64,000 bases of DNA from Elusimicrobia bacterium GWA2_56_46 (GCA_001799575.1 MGTT01000027.1:11997-75996); one strand, 5' to 3'. Counted from the stretch's first letter, positions 40,710 to 51,605 are shown. Translations and numbers: made by a program. Notes: a model not told the origin generated them from the letters alone.

Positions 40710-41732
40710 ATGGATCCGGCGTCCTTTAAGAAACTCCGCGGAATCATCGATAATTTCTCCGCTCAGCGCGTGGTGGTGCTGGGCGACGTCATGCTCGACC
40801 GCTACATCAGGGGCTCCGTGCGGCGCATTTCCCCGGAAGCCCCCGTCCCCGTGGTGAAAGTGCGGGAAGAGCGCTCCAGCCCCGGAGGCTCGGCCAATGT
40901 CGCCTCCAATCTTATGGCGCTGGGCGCCGAACCCCGCCTGATCGCGGTGATCGGCAATGACAAGACCGGCGAGGAATTACGCGAGCACCTCTCCGACAGA
41001 GGCGTTGACACCGGCTCCCTGATAAGCGACCGCTCAACTTTCACCGGTGAAAAGACCCGCGTCATAGCCGAACACCAGCAGGTAGTGCGTTTCGACCGCG
41101 AACCCGAACTCCAGCTCACGCCGTCCCTGCAGAAAACCATCCTGAGCGTGCTGGACGGACAGTTTAAGGCCGGCGCCGGAGCATTGATACTCTCGGATTA
41201 CGGCAAGGGCCTGCTTACCCCGCATATCATAGAGGCCGCCATAACTCTGGCCGTCAGGCGCGGCGTGCCGGTATTTGTGGATCCCAAAACGGAACATTTC
41301 GCCCGCTATAAAAGAGTGACCTGCCTGACCCCTAATACCATGGAAGCCTATCAGGGTATGCGCCTTATCCAGAAAGACGGCCAGGCCGCGCTGGAGGAAT
41401 TGGGCAAAAAGATCGTAAAATCCCTGAACTGCCGTTCTCTGCTGATCACCCAGGGCGAACACGGCATGACGCTGTTTAATACTACCGGCGGCCGCCTGAA
41501 GATCCTGCACATTCCCACCAAGGCCAGGGAGGTCTTCGACGTCACCGGCGCCGGAGACACCGTCATCTCCACGCTGGCGCTGGCTTCGGCCGCTGGCGCT
41601 TCGCTGGAAGAAGCGGCCCTTATCTCCAACTTCGCCGCGGGCATAGTGGTTGGGAAACTGGGCACCGCTACCGTCACGAGAGAAGAACTGCTGGAAAACA
41701 TCAAATCATGGACAAAAACTGCCTTATCGTAA
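40710..41732 (+). CDS. rfaE1: Heptose-7-phosphate kinase (RfaE domain I/HldA)
   Basis: GDVMLD, RISPEAPVPV, SDYGKG, VDPK, TPN..E, VFDVTGAGDTV, VVGKLGTA. Confidence 0.93.
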   Translation: MDPASFKKLRGIIDNFSAQRVVVLGDVMLDRYIRGSVRRISPEAPVPVVKVREERSSPGGSANVASNLMALGAEPRLIAVIGNDKTGEELREHLSDRGVDTGSLISDRSTFTGEKTRVIAEHQQVVRFDREPELQLTPSLQKTILSVLDGQFKAGAGALILSDYGKGLLTPHIIEAAITLAVRRGVPVFVDPKTEHFARYKRVTCLTPNTMEAYQGMRLIQKDGQAALEELGKKIVKSLNCRSLLITQGEHGMTLFNTTGGRLKILHIPTKAREVFDVTGAGDTVISTLALASAAGASLEEAALISNFAAGIVVGKLGTATVTREELLENIKSWTKTALS

Positions 41733-42442
41733 TCCCCGCGCGCTACAACTCCCAGCGCTTTCCCGGCAAGGTGCTCGCGAAGATCCGGGGCAAAGCCGTG
41801 CTCCAGTGGTGTTACGAAGCCGCCGTTAAATCCGGTCTGGGGCCGGTGGTCATAGCCACCGAGGACCGCCGCGTGCTGGACTTCGCCGGCGGCATCGGCG
41901 CTAAATGCGCGCTGACCAGCCCCCGGTGCCAGTCCGGCACGGACCGCGTCTATGAAGCGGCAAAAGGCTCCAAAAAAAAATTCATAATTAATTTTCAGGG
42001 CGACGAACCGTTCATGCGCGCCGAAACTCTGGTGGCGGCTTTCAAGACCATGAGCGCAGGCTATGACATCGCCACCGCCGGCGCGCCTATCACCGACAAG
42101 GCGGAGATAAACAACCCGAACTGCGTCAAAATAGCCATGAACCGGGCCGGCCGGGCGCTTTATTTCTCCCGTTCCCCCATTCCTTTCCACCACCCGCTTT
42201 CGGATCTGAAAAATTTCCCGTGGTTCAAGCATTGCGGCTTCTATATCTACAGGCGTTCTTCGCTGGAACGTTTCGTAAAACTCCCCCCCAGCCCGCTGGA
42301 ACTCCTGGAGCGCCTGGAACAGCTTCGCGCGCTTGAGAACGGGATGACCATCGGCGTCGCCACCGTCAAGATGCTGGGGCCGGCCATAGACACGCCGGCG
42401 GATCTGAAAGCGGCCGAGAAATTTCTACAAAGGCAAAAATGA
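41708..42442 (+). CDS. kdsB: CMP-Kdo synthetase
   Basis: [38 protein letters not shown]. Confidence 0.95.
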   Translation: MDKNCLIVIPARYNSQRFPGKVLAKIRGKAVLQWCYEAAVKSGLGPVVIATEDRRVLDFAGGIGAKCALTSPRCQSGTDRVYEAAKGSKKKFIINFQGDEPFMRAETLVAAFKTMSAGYDIATAGAPITDKAEINNPNCVKIAMNRAGRALYFSRSPIPFHHPLSDLKNFPWFKHCGFYIYRRSSLERFVKLPPSPLELLERLEQLRALENGMTIGVATVKMLGPAIDTPADLKAAEKFLQRQK

Positions 42443-44091
42443 CGAAATATATCTTTGTGACCGGAGGCGTGGTCAGTTCGCTCGGCAAGGGCATAACGGC
42501 GGCTTCCATCGGACGTCTGTTAAAAGCCCACGGCCTGTCCGTAAACATCGTCAAATGCGATCCGTATATAAACGTAGACGCCGGTACCATGGCGCCTTTC
42601 CAGCACGGCGAGGTTTTCGTGACCGACGACGGCGCCGAAACCGACCTGGATCTGGGCTATTATGAAAGGTTCCTGGAGATCGACACCCGCAAGACCAATA
42701 ATATGACCGCCGGGCAGATCTACCAGACCGTCATAGCCAAGGAGCGCGAAGGCCTCTACCTGGGCCAGACGGTGCAGGTCATCCCGCATATCACCGACGA
42801 GATAAAAAAGAGATTTTACAAGGCCGGCGAAGGCTTCGACATCGCTATCATAGAGATCGGCGGAACGGTGGGCGATATAGAAAGCCTGCCTTTTCTGGAA
42901 GCCGCCAGGCAGATGCGCCCCGACAGGACGCGCACCGACGTTATGTACATCCATGTGACCCTGGTACCCTATCTTTCCGCCAGCGACGAACTTAAGACCA
43001 AGCCCACCCAGCACTCGGTCAATAAATTGCGCGAGATCGGCATAGACCCGGATATCATCGTCTGCCGCGCGGAAAAACCTCTCGGCAGGGAGATCCGCAA
43101 CAAGATAGCCCTTTTCACCAGCGTCCCCGACGAGGCCGTCATAGAAGCTGCGGACAGCTTCTCCATTTACGCCGTGCCCCATCTTCTCAAGAAACAGGGC
43201 CTGGACGAACAGATCATGATGCTCCTGAGGATAAGGAGCAAAAAATGGGATTTCGAGGAATGGAGCGCTTTCCTGGAAAAACTTAAAACCGCCGGAAAAG
43301 CCCAGGGCGTACGCATCGCGATAGCCGGCAAATACACCAGACTGAAAGATTCCTATAAATCCCTGGTGGAAGCCATCCATCACGGCGCCATAGCCAACGG
43401 CGTCCGGATGGAACTTGATTTCGTGGACGTGGAAGAGAAGGACTGCCTGGAGCGCCTGTCCAAAGCCGCGGGCATCATCGTACCGGGCGGCTTCGGCGAC
43501 AGGGGTATAGAGGGCAAAATAGCCGTTGCGCGTTATGCCCGCGAGAACGGCGTGCCGTTCCTCGGCATCTGCCTGGGTATGCAATGCGCGGTCATCGAAT
43601 TCGCGCGAAACGTCCTCGGCTGCAAAAAAGCCCACTCAACCGAATTCTCCCCTAAAACGCCCTGCCCCGTGGTTGACCTGATGGCGGAACAGAAAGGCGT
43701 GAAAGAAAAGGGCGGCACCATGCGCCTGGGAGCGTATCCCTGCCGCCTCAAAACCGGCTCCCTCGCCGCGAAGATCTACGGGGCGCCCCTTGTCTCGGAA
43801 CGGCACCGCCACCGCTACGAATTCAACACCCGCTATCTTAAAGCCTGCGGGAAGAAAGGCCTGATCGTCAGCGGACTTTACCGCGAAAAACGTCTTCCGG
43901 AAATAGTGGAATTGAAAGGACACCCCTGGTTCGTGGGTGTCCAGTTCCATCCCGAATTGAAATCCAGGCCTCTGACACCCCATCCTCTCTTCAGGGCCTT
44001 CGTCGCCGCCGCCGTCAGATCGGACGCGGGACGCGGGACGCGGAACACGGGCGGAGCGCCGGCCGCCTCCGCCAAGGCGGTGGTTCTATGA
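42439..44091 (+). CDS. pyrG: CTP synthase
   Basis: [48 protein letters not shown]. Confidence 0.98.
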   Translation: MTKYIFVTGGVVSSLGKGITAASIGRLLKAHGLSVNIVKCDPYINVDAGTMAPFQHGEVFVTDDGAETDLDLGYYERFLEIDTRKTNNMTAGQIYQTVIAKEREGLYLGQTVQVIPHITDEIKKRFYKAGEGFDIAIIEIGGTVGDIESLPFLEAARQMRPDRTRTDVMYIHVTLVPYLSASDELKTKPTQHSVNKLREIGIDPDIIVCRAEKPLGREIRNKIALFTSVPDEAVIEAADSFSIYAVPHLLKKQGLDEQIMMLLRIRSKKWDFEEWSAFLEKLKTAGKAQGVRIAIAGKYTRLKDSYKSLVEAIHHGAIANGVRMELDFVDVEEKDCLERLSKAAGIIVPGGFGDRGIEGKIAVARYARENGVPFLGICLGMQCAVIEFARNVLGCKKAHSTEFSPKTPCPVVDLMAEQKGVKEKGGTMRLGAYPCRLKTGSLAAKIYGAPLVSERHRHRYEFNTRYLKACGKKGLIVSGLYREKRLPEIVELKGHPWFVGVQFHPELKSRPLTPHPLFRAFVAAAVRSDAGRGTRNTGGAPAASAKAVVL

Positions 44092-44921
44092 AACAGGTCA
44101 GGATAAAAGCGGGAACCGCGGTATTCTCCAACGATTCTCCTCTCGTCTACATCGCCGGTCCCTGCGTCATAGAATCGCTGAAGAGTTATGCCGCGGAGGC
44201 CGGGAAACTGAAAGCGATGTTCGCGAAGCTCCGCACCTCTTTCGTGCTCAAAGCCTCCTTTGATAAAGCCAACCGGACCTCCCACTCCTCTTTCCGCGGC
44301 ATTCCGATCGAGACCGCGCTTGATTTCCTCAAGGATCTCAAGAACCGCCTGGGCGTCCCGGTTCTGATAGACGTTCACGAACCCTCGCAGGCGGCGCGCG
44401 TAGCCGAAGTCGCCGATATCCTGCAGATCCCGGCATTTCTGTGCAGGCAGACCGACCTGCTTTTCGCCTGCGCCGATACCGGCCGCGTCGTCAATGTCAA
44501 AAAGGGCCAGTTCCTGGCGCCCTGGGATATGGCCAACATAATTTCAAAAATAGAATCGCGCGGCAACCGGAACATCATGCTTACGGAGCGCGGCTCCTGT
44601 TTCGGCTACGGCAATCTGGTAGTGGATATGCGCGGCCTTGAGATCATGAAAGAGTTCGGCTACCCCGTGATCTTCGACTGCACCCATTCCGTCCAGAAGC
44701 CGGGCGCCCTGGGCAAGGCCACCGGCGGAGACGCGAAGCTGGCGCTGCCGCTGGCCAAAGCGGCGGCGGCCCTGAAAATAGCGGGAATCTTCTTTGAAGC
44801 CCATCCCGAGCCGGCCAAAGCGCTTTCCGACGGGCCGAACTCATTAAAGCTCGGCCTCGTCCCGGACGCCGTAAATATGCTGAACCAGATAGATAAACTG
44901 GCAATGAAATTTGCGGAATAA
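44088..44921 (+). CDS. kdsA: KDO8P synthase
   Basis: [41 protein letters not shown]. Confidence 0.97.
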   Translation: MKQVRIKAGTAVFSNDSPLVYIAGPCVIESLKSYAAEAGKLKAMFAKLRTSFVLKASFDKANRTSHSSFRGIPIETALDFLKDLKNRLGVPVLIDVHEPSQAARVAEVADILQIPAFLCRQTDLLFACADTGRVVNVKKGQFLAPWDMANIISKIESRGNRNIMLTERGSCFGYGNLVVDMRGLEIMKEFGYPVIFDCTHSVQKPGALGKATGGDAKLALPLAKAAAALKIAGIFFEAHPEPAKALSDGPNSLKLGLVPDAVNMLNQIDKLAMKFAE

Positions 44922-44954
44922 GAGATTAAAAGTTTACGCTCAAAAGGCAAAATT

Positions 44955-45218
44955 ATGAAATGTTTAAACTGCGGTCAGGAAAACAAGGCCACGCTTAAAT
45001 TATGCAGAAAATGCGGCAGGGATCTTACGCTCCCCCCTGTCTGGTTCCCGGACTGGAAATGGCATCTCAGAACGCTTTCCTGGATCTACATAGGAACAAC
45101 GATATTTTTCTTCGCGGCCAGCTGGCTGTTTCACAAACTGCCGCCGCCCTACGACCAGCGCCGGATCCCGGCCGAAATGACGCCCTGGCTTAATCCTCAC
45201 AAAGTTCCGGCGCCTTAG
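44955..45218 (+). CDS. Small zinc-ribbon membrane protein
   Basis: CxxC-x9-CxxC followed by one TM helix. Confidence 0.7.
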   Translation: MKCLNCGQENKATLKLCRKCGRDLTLPPVWFPDWKWHLRTLSWIYIGTTIFFFAASWLFHKLPPPYDQRRIPAEMTPWLNPHKVPAP

Positions 45219-45271
45219 CCCTGAAATTGCCTCGGCAATTTCAGGCAAGGATTAAGGATGAGGGATAAAGG

Positions 45272-46267
45272 ATGAAGGAAAAGATGAAAACTGTTTCCGA
45301 TGCGTTCATACTTAAATCGGCCAGGGCCGTGATAACGGAAGAAGCCGGCGCGCTAAGGCTGGCCGCAAAGGGCCTCGGCAGAAACTTCTCCGGAGCCGCG
45401 CGCCTCCTGCTTGCCGCGCGCGGGAAAGTGGTAGTGCTCGGAGTGGGAAAATCCGGCATCATCGCCCGCAAAATAGCCGCCACGCTTTCCTCTACCGGCA
45501 CGCCCAGCGTTTATCTTCACCCGGTGGAATCGCTTCACGGCGACATGGGCCTGATAACCAGGGACGATATCGTCCTGGCGCTGTCCTATTCCGGCGAAAC
45601 CGAAGAGACCGCCAAACTGCTCCCCATCCTGGCTAAAGAAGGCCTGAAAATAATTTCCCTCACCAATAATCCGGATTCAAGGATCGCGCGCTATTCCGAC
45701 ATCGCGCTGCGCCTCAATATACGCCACGAGGCCTGCCCGTACAATATCGTGCCCACCTCCTCCACGGCGGCCATGCTCGCGGTGGGAGACGCCCTCGCCA
45801 TAACACTGATGCGGATCAAGGGCTTCGACAGCTCCAGTTTCGCCCGCCTTCACCCGGGCGGCAGCCTCGGCAAGCTTTTGAATCTGCGCGTCTCGGATCT
45901 GATGCATAAGGGCCGGAAAAATCCGGTGGTGCGCGCCGGTTCCACGCTGAAAGCCGCGCTGGCCGTCATGACCGCCACCGCGGCGGGAGCCGTTTCCGTC
46001 GCGGACGGGCGCGGCCGGCTCGCGGGTTTTTTCACCGACGGAGACCTGCGACGCAGCATTGAGCGCGGGAAAGCCGGTCTTGCCACTACTATCGACAAAC
46101 TAATGACCAAAAGGCCGGTCTGCGTCCATCCGGACACCATGGCGATAGACGCCGCAAAACTCATTTCGGCCAGAAAAATAGACAATCTGCCGGTCGTGGA
46201 CCGTAAAACTTCCCGTCCTGTCGGCATTATAGACGAAAAAGACTTTTTGAGAGAGGGTCTGCTCTGA
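45272..46267 (+). CDS. kdsD: Arabinose-5-phosphate isomerase (KpsF/GutQ)
   Basis: GVGKSG, STGTP, HGDMG, SYSGET, PTSST, HPGGSLG, two CBS domains. Confidence 0.95.
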   Translation: MKEKMKTVSDAFILKSARAVITEEAGALRLAAKGLGRNFSGAARLLLAARGKVVVLGVGKSGIIARKIAATLSSTGTPSVYLHPVESLHGDMGLITRDDIVLALSYSGETEETAKLLPILAKEGLKIISLTNNPDSRIARYSDIALRLNIRHEACPYNIVPTSSTAAMLAVGDALAITLMRIKGFDSSSFARLHPGGSLGKLLNLRVSDLMHKGRKNPVVRAGSTLKAALAVMTATAAGAVSVADGRGRLAGFFTDGDLRRSIERGKAGLATTIDKLMTKRPVCVHPDTMAIDAAKLISARKIDNLPVVDRKTSRPVGIIDEKDFLREGLL

Positions 46268-46788
46268 AATTTTTAATCATTTTTTTTACGCTGACGGCGG
46301 CCGCCTGCTCCGGCAGCGTCCCGGGCGGGACGGTGCAGGAAGGAGCCAGTCTTCTCACCGGCGTAAAAGTCTCGGAGGTTAACGACAACCTGGTCCGCTG
46401 GACCTTAAACTCCGGGACGGCCCGGTTCGAAGAAGGCGAGACCAGGATCCACTTCGATATGCCGGAGATGTCGTTCTTTGAGAACAACAGGCCCGCCTCA
46501 CGGCTTACCGCCGAAACCGGATTCCTGAACATGACCAGGAAAGACGCCCAGCTTGAGAAGAAAGTAAGAGTGGAGTCCAAAACCCAGGCCATGACGCTGC
46601 TGACCTCCAGGCTTTTCTTCAGTTCCGAAAAGGACAAGATCTGGACCGAAGATCCGGTGACCATCTATAAAGACAACACCGTCACCCACGGACGCGGTTT
46701 CACGGCCAAGCCGGACTTATCCGAGATAGAAATAACGCGGCAGGAAACCACCACGACCGGGAAACAGGATGCCAAAAAGAAAAAATGA
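46264..46788 (+). CDS. lptC: LPS export protein LptC (probable CTG start at 46264)
   Basis: W.L....A, L.AE.G, L.T..L......I.T..PV, G.GF; the frame upstream of GTG 46333 encodes the hydrophobic anchor. Confidence 0.75.
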   Translation: MKFLIIFFTLTAAACSGSVPGGTVQEGASLLTGVKVSEVNDNLVRWTLNSGTARFEEGETRIHFDMPEMSFFENNRPASRLTAETGFLNMTRKDAQLEKKVRVESKTQAMTLLTSRLFFSSEKDKIWTEDPVTIYKDNTVTHGRGFTAKPDLSEIEITRQETTTTGKQDAKKKK

Positions 46789-47533
46789 CCGGTATCGGGC
46801 GCGGACACGGGCGCTTCTCATGCTTGCGTGTCTCTCTTGCTTTGCTCCGGCGGGCCTGAGCGCCGCGTCCGACGACCTGCTGATGGGTTCCGTGGTCAGG
46901 AGCGAAAAATACAGGCTGATAACGGACACCGCCAGCAGCCTTGAGATCTTCGACGGCACTGTTTCTTTCCGTAACGCCGTCTATAACCTCAAGGCCGATC
47001 ACGCCGTCCATGACCGCAAGACCGCGGAATGGACCCTGCGCGGTTCCGTCTATTGCCTCCGCAAATTCGCGGACGGCTCTAATCTGGAACTATATTGCGA
47101 CAACGGGAAATACCACGAGAACTTCGAGAAAGCCGAACTTTACCGCGGCAGCGACCCGATCCGGATGAAACACGTCGCGGCCGACGGCAAGCTCCTGCGC
47201 GGCCGCTGCGACCGGATCAACGCCGACAACGCCAAGGCCTCCATGGATTTCCTGGGAAATTTCTATCTGCGCACCGAAAATATGGAAATTTTTTCGGACA
47301 ACGGCTTTTACAGCGACACCGAACGTTCTTTCCTCATTTATAACTCCGCCACGGCCCCCTCCCGGCCGAAAACCTCCGCCAGATCCCTGCCGGCGGCCAT
47401 AGGAACCCGCGAGGGCAGGGATTTCGCCATGACGGGCGAGAGAATGAAATTTTTCCGGGATACCGGCGACGTAAAGCTGTATAACAATGTAGCCGGCTGG
47501 ATAAAAGCCGTGAAGGCGGCGCAGCCGCGTTGA
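46769..47533 (+). CDS. LptA/OstA-like beta-jellyroll protein
   Basis: Between lptC and lptB; signal peptide; F.G.V, L.AD, G.V strands. Confidence 0.6.
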   Translation: MPKRKNDRYRARTRALLMLACLSCFAPAGLSAASDDLLMGSVVRSEKYRLITDTASSLEIFDGTVSFRNAVYNLKADHAVHDRKTAEWTLRGSVYCLRKFADGSNLELYCDNGKYHENFEKAELYRGSDPIRMKHVAADGKLLRGRCDRINADNAKASMDFLGNFYLRTENMEIFSDNGFYSDTERSFLIYNSATAPSRPKTSARSLPAAIGTREGRDFAMTGERMKFFRDTGDVKLYNNVAGWIKAVKAAQPR

Positions 47534-47542
47534 ATCCTATTT

Positions 47543-48262
47543 ATGAGACTGAATTCCGAACTGCTTGAAAAAAGTTTTAACCGCCGGAAAGTGGTCAACG
47601 GCATAAGCCTGGATATCCGGTCCGGGGAAATCTGCGGCTTGCTCGGCCCCAACGGGGCGGGCAAGACCACCACCTTTCATATGCTGGTCGGCTTCCTGGA
47701 ACCCGACTCCGGCAAGGTTTTCATAGACGATAAGGATGTGTCCGCCGCCCCCATGTACCTGCGGGCCAGGAACGGCATCGGCTATCTGGCGCAGGAACCC
47801 ACGGTCTTCCGGGGTCTCAGCGTTGAAGACAATCTTGTGGCGATCCTGGAACGCACGGTCGGGGACAAAAAGGTTATCATGAACCGGGTGGACTCCCTTC
47901 TGGGCGAATTCGGGCTGCTGAAACTGAGGAAGCAGAAGGCCTGGTCGCTTTCAGGCGGAGAGAAGCGCCGCCTGGAAGTGGCGCGCGTCATGATAAACGA
48001 GCCCAGGATCATCCTGCTGGACGAACCTTTCGTGGGGATAGATCCCATCACGGTCAGCGAATTAAAAAAGATAATCTGCCACCTGAAAGATAAGGGCATC
48101 GGGGTGCTGATAACCGACCACAATGTCCGGGAAACCCTTTCCATCACCGACAGGTCATACCTGATCTACAACGGCGCTATCCTCATAGAAGGCACGGCCG
48201 AAGTCCTGCTGAACGACCCCAAAGCCAGAGAACTCTACCTAGGCTGGGATTTCAAGATGTAA
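47543..48262 (+). CDS. lptB: LPS export ABC ATPase
   Basis: GPNGAGKTT, LSGGEKRRLE, LLDEPF.GIDP, LITDHNVRETL, YLG..F. Confidence 0.96.
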   Translation: MRLNSELLEKSFNRRKVVNGISLDIRSGEICGLLGPNGAGKTTTFHMLVGFLEPDSGKVFIDDKDVSAAPMYLRARNGIGYLAQEPTVFRGLSVEDNLVAILERTVGDKKVIMNRVDSLLGEFGLLKLRKQKAWSLSGGEKRRLEVARVMINEPRIILLDEPFVGIDPITVSELKKIICHLKDKGIGVLITDHNVRETLSITDRSYLIYNGAILIEGTAEVLLNDPKARELYLGWDFKM

Positions 48263-48286
48263 TCCGGCCAGAGTAGCCGGTACAGC

Positions 48287-49384
48287 CTAATTCCTGTTTG
48301 AAATTATCCACTCTTTCCAGAAAGGGTCTTCTATCTCATGGGCGTTTTTATCACGCCTTACAATTATACCTTTGTCAATCAGCCTTCCGATGGCGCTGCC
48401 GGAGGTGCTGACGGTCTTAATCCCGTATTTTTGGATGAACTGCTGCGAAGTTACGGCGCTGCCGCCCGCGGCCAGCCCTATGACAATCTTGCGCTCGGTA
48501 TTATCCAGACCATTCCACCACCTTTTATAGTCGGCGTTATGCTGGATCACTATATTTCCAATGGCTTCCTTTATCAGCTCCCGCCGGAAGAGACCTTTTT
48601 CGTGCGTGATATAAAGTTCATGGCAAAGCTGCTGAGTGTAGTAAGGGTGGCATCCGGTAAATGCCAGGATATCTTTCACTATCCCGACGGCGTTTATGCC
48701 TGCGGAGGCGAACCTCTTCAACACAAAATCCTCCATCTCTTTTTCGGGAATACCCCCCAAAACCTTCTGCCGGCCGAATTTGTAAAAAGGATTTTTCTTT
48801 TCCTGGAAGATGTCGCGGATCATGCTCTCCTGACTGCCAATGAATATGTAAGATACGTTTTGATGGGCCTGAAAGACTCCCCGCATTTTTTTCTCAAGAT
48901 TGGGAGAAATGCGGCGTATCTCCTGAAACTCGTCAAACACCACCACAATACGCCTATTCTGCTTCTTGGCGATTACCTCCGGCAGTTCAAGACTTTCCGC
49001 GATAACGGAACTCTTATCCGCCGCGGTCGGGGAAAAGGAAACATTCATTTCGCCTGTGGCGGGATTATATTCCATGGCGGGTTGTATTTTAAGGGATTTT
49101 AGATAAGTTTTCAGCTTTTCAAAGGGACTTAAAGCCAGCGCTTTTTTGACATAGGCGTTGGCCAGGTCTATTTCGTCTGAAATTATTTCCAGATCTAGGC
49201 GTATTGACTTGATATCCATACCGGCAAGAGCTTTATTAACCATGCTGCTTTTGCCGTAACGCCTCTGGCTGATAAGCACCACGTTCTGCCCGGATTCGAT
49301 GTCCGAGACCAGTTCCTTTATTTCCTGGCGCCTGTTAGTGAAGTGTTCGCCCTCCACTATCGCGCCAAACCTGAAAGGATTCAT
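48287..49384 (-). CDS. AAA/P-loop ATPase (archaeal ATPase-like) with C-terminal winged helix
   Basis: MNPF.FG, FTNR..E, RRYGKSS, FDEFQ, GS, GCHPYYTQ, IEDPF..W; AT-richer. Confidence 0.88.
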   Translation of the reverse strand: MNPFRFGAIVEGEHFTNRRQEIKELVSDIESGQNVVLISQRRYGKSSMVNKALAGMDIKSIRLDLEIISDEIDLANAYVKKALALSPFEKLKTYLKSLKIQPAMEYNPATGEMNVSFSPTAADKSSVIAESLELPEVIAKKQNRRIVVVFDEFQEIRRISPNLEKKMRGVFQAHQNVSYIFIGSQESMIRDIFQEKKNPFYKFGRQKVLGGIPEKEMEDFVLKRFASAGINAVGIVKDILAFTGCHPYYTQQLCHELYITHEKGLFRRELIKEAIGNIVIQHNADYKRWWNGLDNTERKIVIGLAAGGSAVTSQQFIQKYGIKTVSTSGSAIGRLIDKGIIVRRDKNAHEIEDPFWKEWIISNRN

Positions 49385-49397
49385 AAGCCCTCCTTAA

Positions 49398-49431
49398 TTA
49401 CGACAACGATCGTTACGACATATATCGTAAC
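49398..49431. promoter_or_regulatory. Tandem palindromic operator-like sites
   Basis: TTACGA-N6-TCGTTA and GTTACGA-N6-TCGTAAC, 15 bp apart, just upstream of the ATPase RBS. Confidence 0.6.
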
Positions 49432-49505
49432 CTAGATCCATAGGCATATAATCTTAATTTAAGTGCCTTTTGTCAAGACTGGGCCAAATAAAAGGAACAG
49501 TTATA

Positions 49506-49698
49506 GGGAATAAATCCGAGCGCGAAGCGGGCGTCGGGCCCAGCGCTATGCGCGCCTGGCCCGACGAGGTGTATGCCTCCCGGAGGGCGCCCGCTATGCG
49601 GGCGGAAAACTTCAACTGAAGTTTTCAGGTTAGCCCAGCATTTTCGGCAAAGAGAGCCAGGCGCATTTTTCTGCTGAAAAATAAGCCTGGCACCTTTG
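49506..49698. repeat. Type A-related element with a different internal hairpin
   Basis: Shares left motif GGAATAAAnnCGAGCG and right module TAGCCC..CAAAGAGAGCCAGGC.CATTTTTCTGCTGAAAAATAAGCCTGGCACCTTTG with type A. Confidence 0.85.
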
Positions 49699-49732
49699 TC
49701 CGGACACATTTGCCCGGCATTGCCTTGCCGCC

Positions 49733-50800
49733 TCAGGTGAAGCTTTCCAGGTAGGTGCGGAGATGGTGTTTTTTGGCTTTGGCTATGGCGGCGAAATACA
49801 TTTTGTCGGCTTCGGCGGCGCGGCCTTCCAGATAATGGACGTTCGCCATTGAAAGTTCGCTCAGGACCTCGCCCCTCGGCTCCGCGTTGCCGTCAAAAAG
49901 CCGCCGGGCGCGCTTAAAATATAACATCGCGTTCTTAAACTCCCCCCGCTTCTTGTAGACTTCCCCAAGCCCCCATTCCACGAAACCCAGGTCGGGCCTA
50001 TCGCCTATTTCCGAATAAAGCTTATGCGCCCGCCGATAGCCCTTAAAAGCGGCGTCAAGCTCCCCTTGCTGCCGCAGCACATTGGCAAGCCCGCATTCCG
50101 CATAGGCCTTGGCAAAAGAATCCTCCGTCTTCAGGAACAGTTTACGCGCCCGCTCGTACGCGGCCCGCGCGGGCTTCATGAAACCCGCCACGCGCAGCAC
50201 ACCGCCCAGCCCGAACAGCGCGTAACCCCCGGCGGACGGATCATTATCCCTGCCCGCGTACATCCCGGATCTTTTAAAGGACTCTATTGAAAGGCTATAC
50301 CGGCCTTCCAGCCTGTAAAGACCGCCCAGCGCCCAGAATATAAAAGCCGCGGCGCCGTGATCTTTCTCTTTAAGATACCCGCGGAGCAGACGCTCCAGTA
50401 TTGGCCCTGATTTTTCAAATTCCCCTTTCAGACGGTAAGCCATGGCCAGCTCCAGCTCCGCCTCGGACTTCAGGCCCGGGGCGCCGGCCGCGGCTTTAAG
50501 GGCCGCGCGGGCGAAAGCGAAAGCCTGTTTCTCATGCCCCAGCGCCCGATGGCAGGCGGCGGCTTTTATAAGGGCCAGGCAGAAAAATTCAGCGGTCGGA
50601 AAACCGTGCTTAAGAGCGGATCCGTAAGCGGTTATGGCTTTGTCGAATATCCCCTTTAGACGCCAGGCTTCCCCGTACAGGTAATACCAGCGCCCCTCAA
50701 ATCCGCGCGGCCGGGGGATCCTTTTCAGGGCTTTAAAAGCCGCATCCGGTTTTCCCGCTTCCAGAAGATCGGCTGTCTTTTCAAGTTCTTCAATTATCAT
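49733..50800 (-). CDS. Tetratricopeptide repeat protein
   Basis: Repeated LG..Y...G....A...Y..A units. Confidence 0.88.
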   Translation of the reverse strand: MIIEELEKTADLLEAGKPDAAFKALKRIPRPRGFEGRWYYLYGEAWRLKGIFDKAITAYGSALKHGFPTAEFFCLALIKAAACHRALGHEKQAFAFARAALKAAAGAPGLKSEAELELAMAYRLKGEFEKSGPILERLLRGYLKEKDHGAAAFIFWALGGLYRLEGRYSLSIESFKRSGMYAGRDNDPSAGGYALFGLGGVLRVAGFMKPARAAYERARKLFLKTEDSFAKAYAECGLANVLRQQGELDAAFKGYRRAHKLYSEIGDRPDLGFVEWGLGEVYKKRGEFKNAMLYFKRARRLFDGNAEPRGEVLSELSMANVHYLEGRAAEADKMYFAAIAKAKKHHLRTYLESFT

Positions 50801-50828
50801 AATATCTCCATATGACAGGGCAGAGGGT

Positions 50829-51605
50829 TCAGGGTACGGCGCACATACTCTTCAACGGGCATTTTCCGCAAAGCGGCCTGGTCTTCCGGCAGCAATCCTT
50901 GCCCAGCGCCACTATGAGAGCGTGATACTCGTTATAAACCCGGTGATCCGGCGGCAAAGCGCGCTCAAAAGCAGACTGAAGTCCGGCATAAGTCCCGGAA
51001 ACGAGACCCAGACGCCCGAATATTCTGTGAGTATATGCGTCCACCACGAATTTTGGTCTGCCTCCCGCGTACAGGATCATGGAATCTGCGGTTTCAGGGC
51101 CTATACCATTTATCTTCAGGAGTTCGTCCCGCAGTTCCTCAAGAGGGGTCACTGAAAACCATTTTCTGATCCCCTCGGGATGCCGGATCAATACGTATGC
51201 GGAAAAACCTTTAAGCCTTGCCGCTTTCTGACGATAAAAGCCGGAGGAGCGTATCAGCCCGCCTAAAACCCTCAGATCCATCCGGCTCAGGCTTTCAACC
51301 GTGAGCTTTCCGGAACTAACCAGTCCGGCCAGAGCGGTTCGGGCGTTGGCCCAGGCCGTATTCTGGGCCAGGAGGGCGCCGGCGCAGATCTCGAAACAGG
51401 CTTTTTCCGGCTGCGGCCCGTAAAACAGCCGGCGATAGGCGGGAGGCCAGCCTGACCGCGGTGAAACAGGCCACCAGCCCTGCGGGCCGAAAGCCTTAAA
51501 CAACCTTTCGTAGACGCGCCTCAGGCCGGCGGCAGAAGCCGCTTTATCTCGCGCAGGAGAGCGTCCAGGTCGTAAGGTTTTTTCATGAAATTTATGGCGC
51601 CGCAT
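50829..51605 (-). CDS. Endonuclease III-like HhH-GPD protein with Fe-S motif (true start probably downstream)
   Basis: FGPQGWWP, L.QNTAW.N, GFYRQKA, GIGPETAD, VVDAYT, C-x6-C-x2-C-x5-C. Confidence 0.88.
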   Translation of the reverse strand: MRRHKFHEKTLRPGRSPARDKAASAAGLRRVYERLFKAFGPQGWWPVSPRSGWPPAYRRLFYGPQPEKACFEICAGALLAQNTAWANARTALAGLVSSGKLTVESLSRMDLRVLGGLIRSSGFYRQKAARLKGFSAYVLIRHPEGIRKWFSVTPLEELRDELLKINGIGPETADSMILYAGGRPKFVVDAYTHRIFGRLGLVSGTYAGLQSAFERALPPDHRVYNEYHALIVALGKDCCRKTRPLCGKCPLKSMCAVP

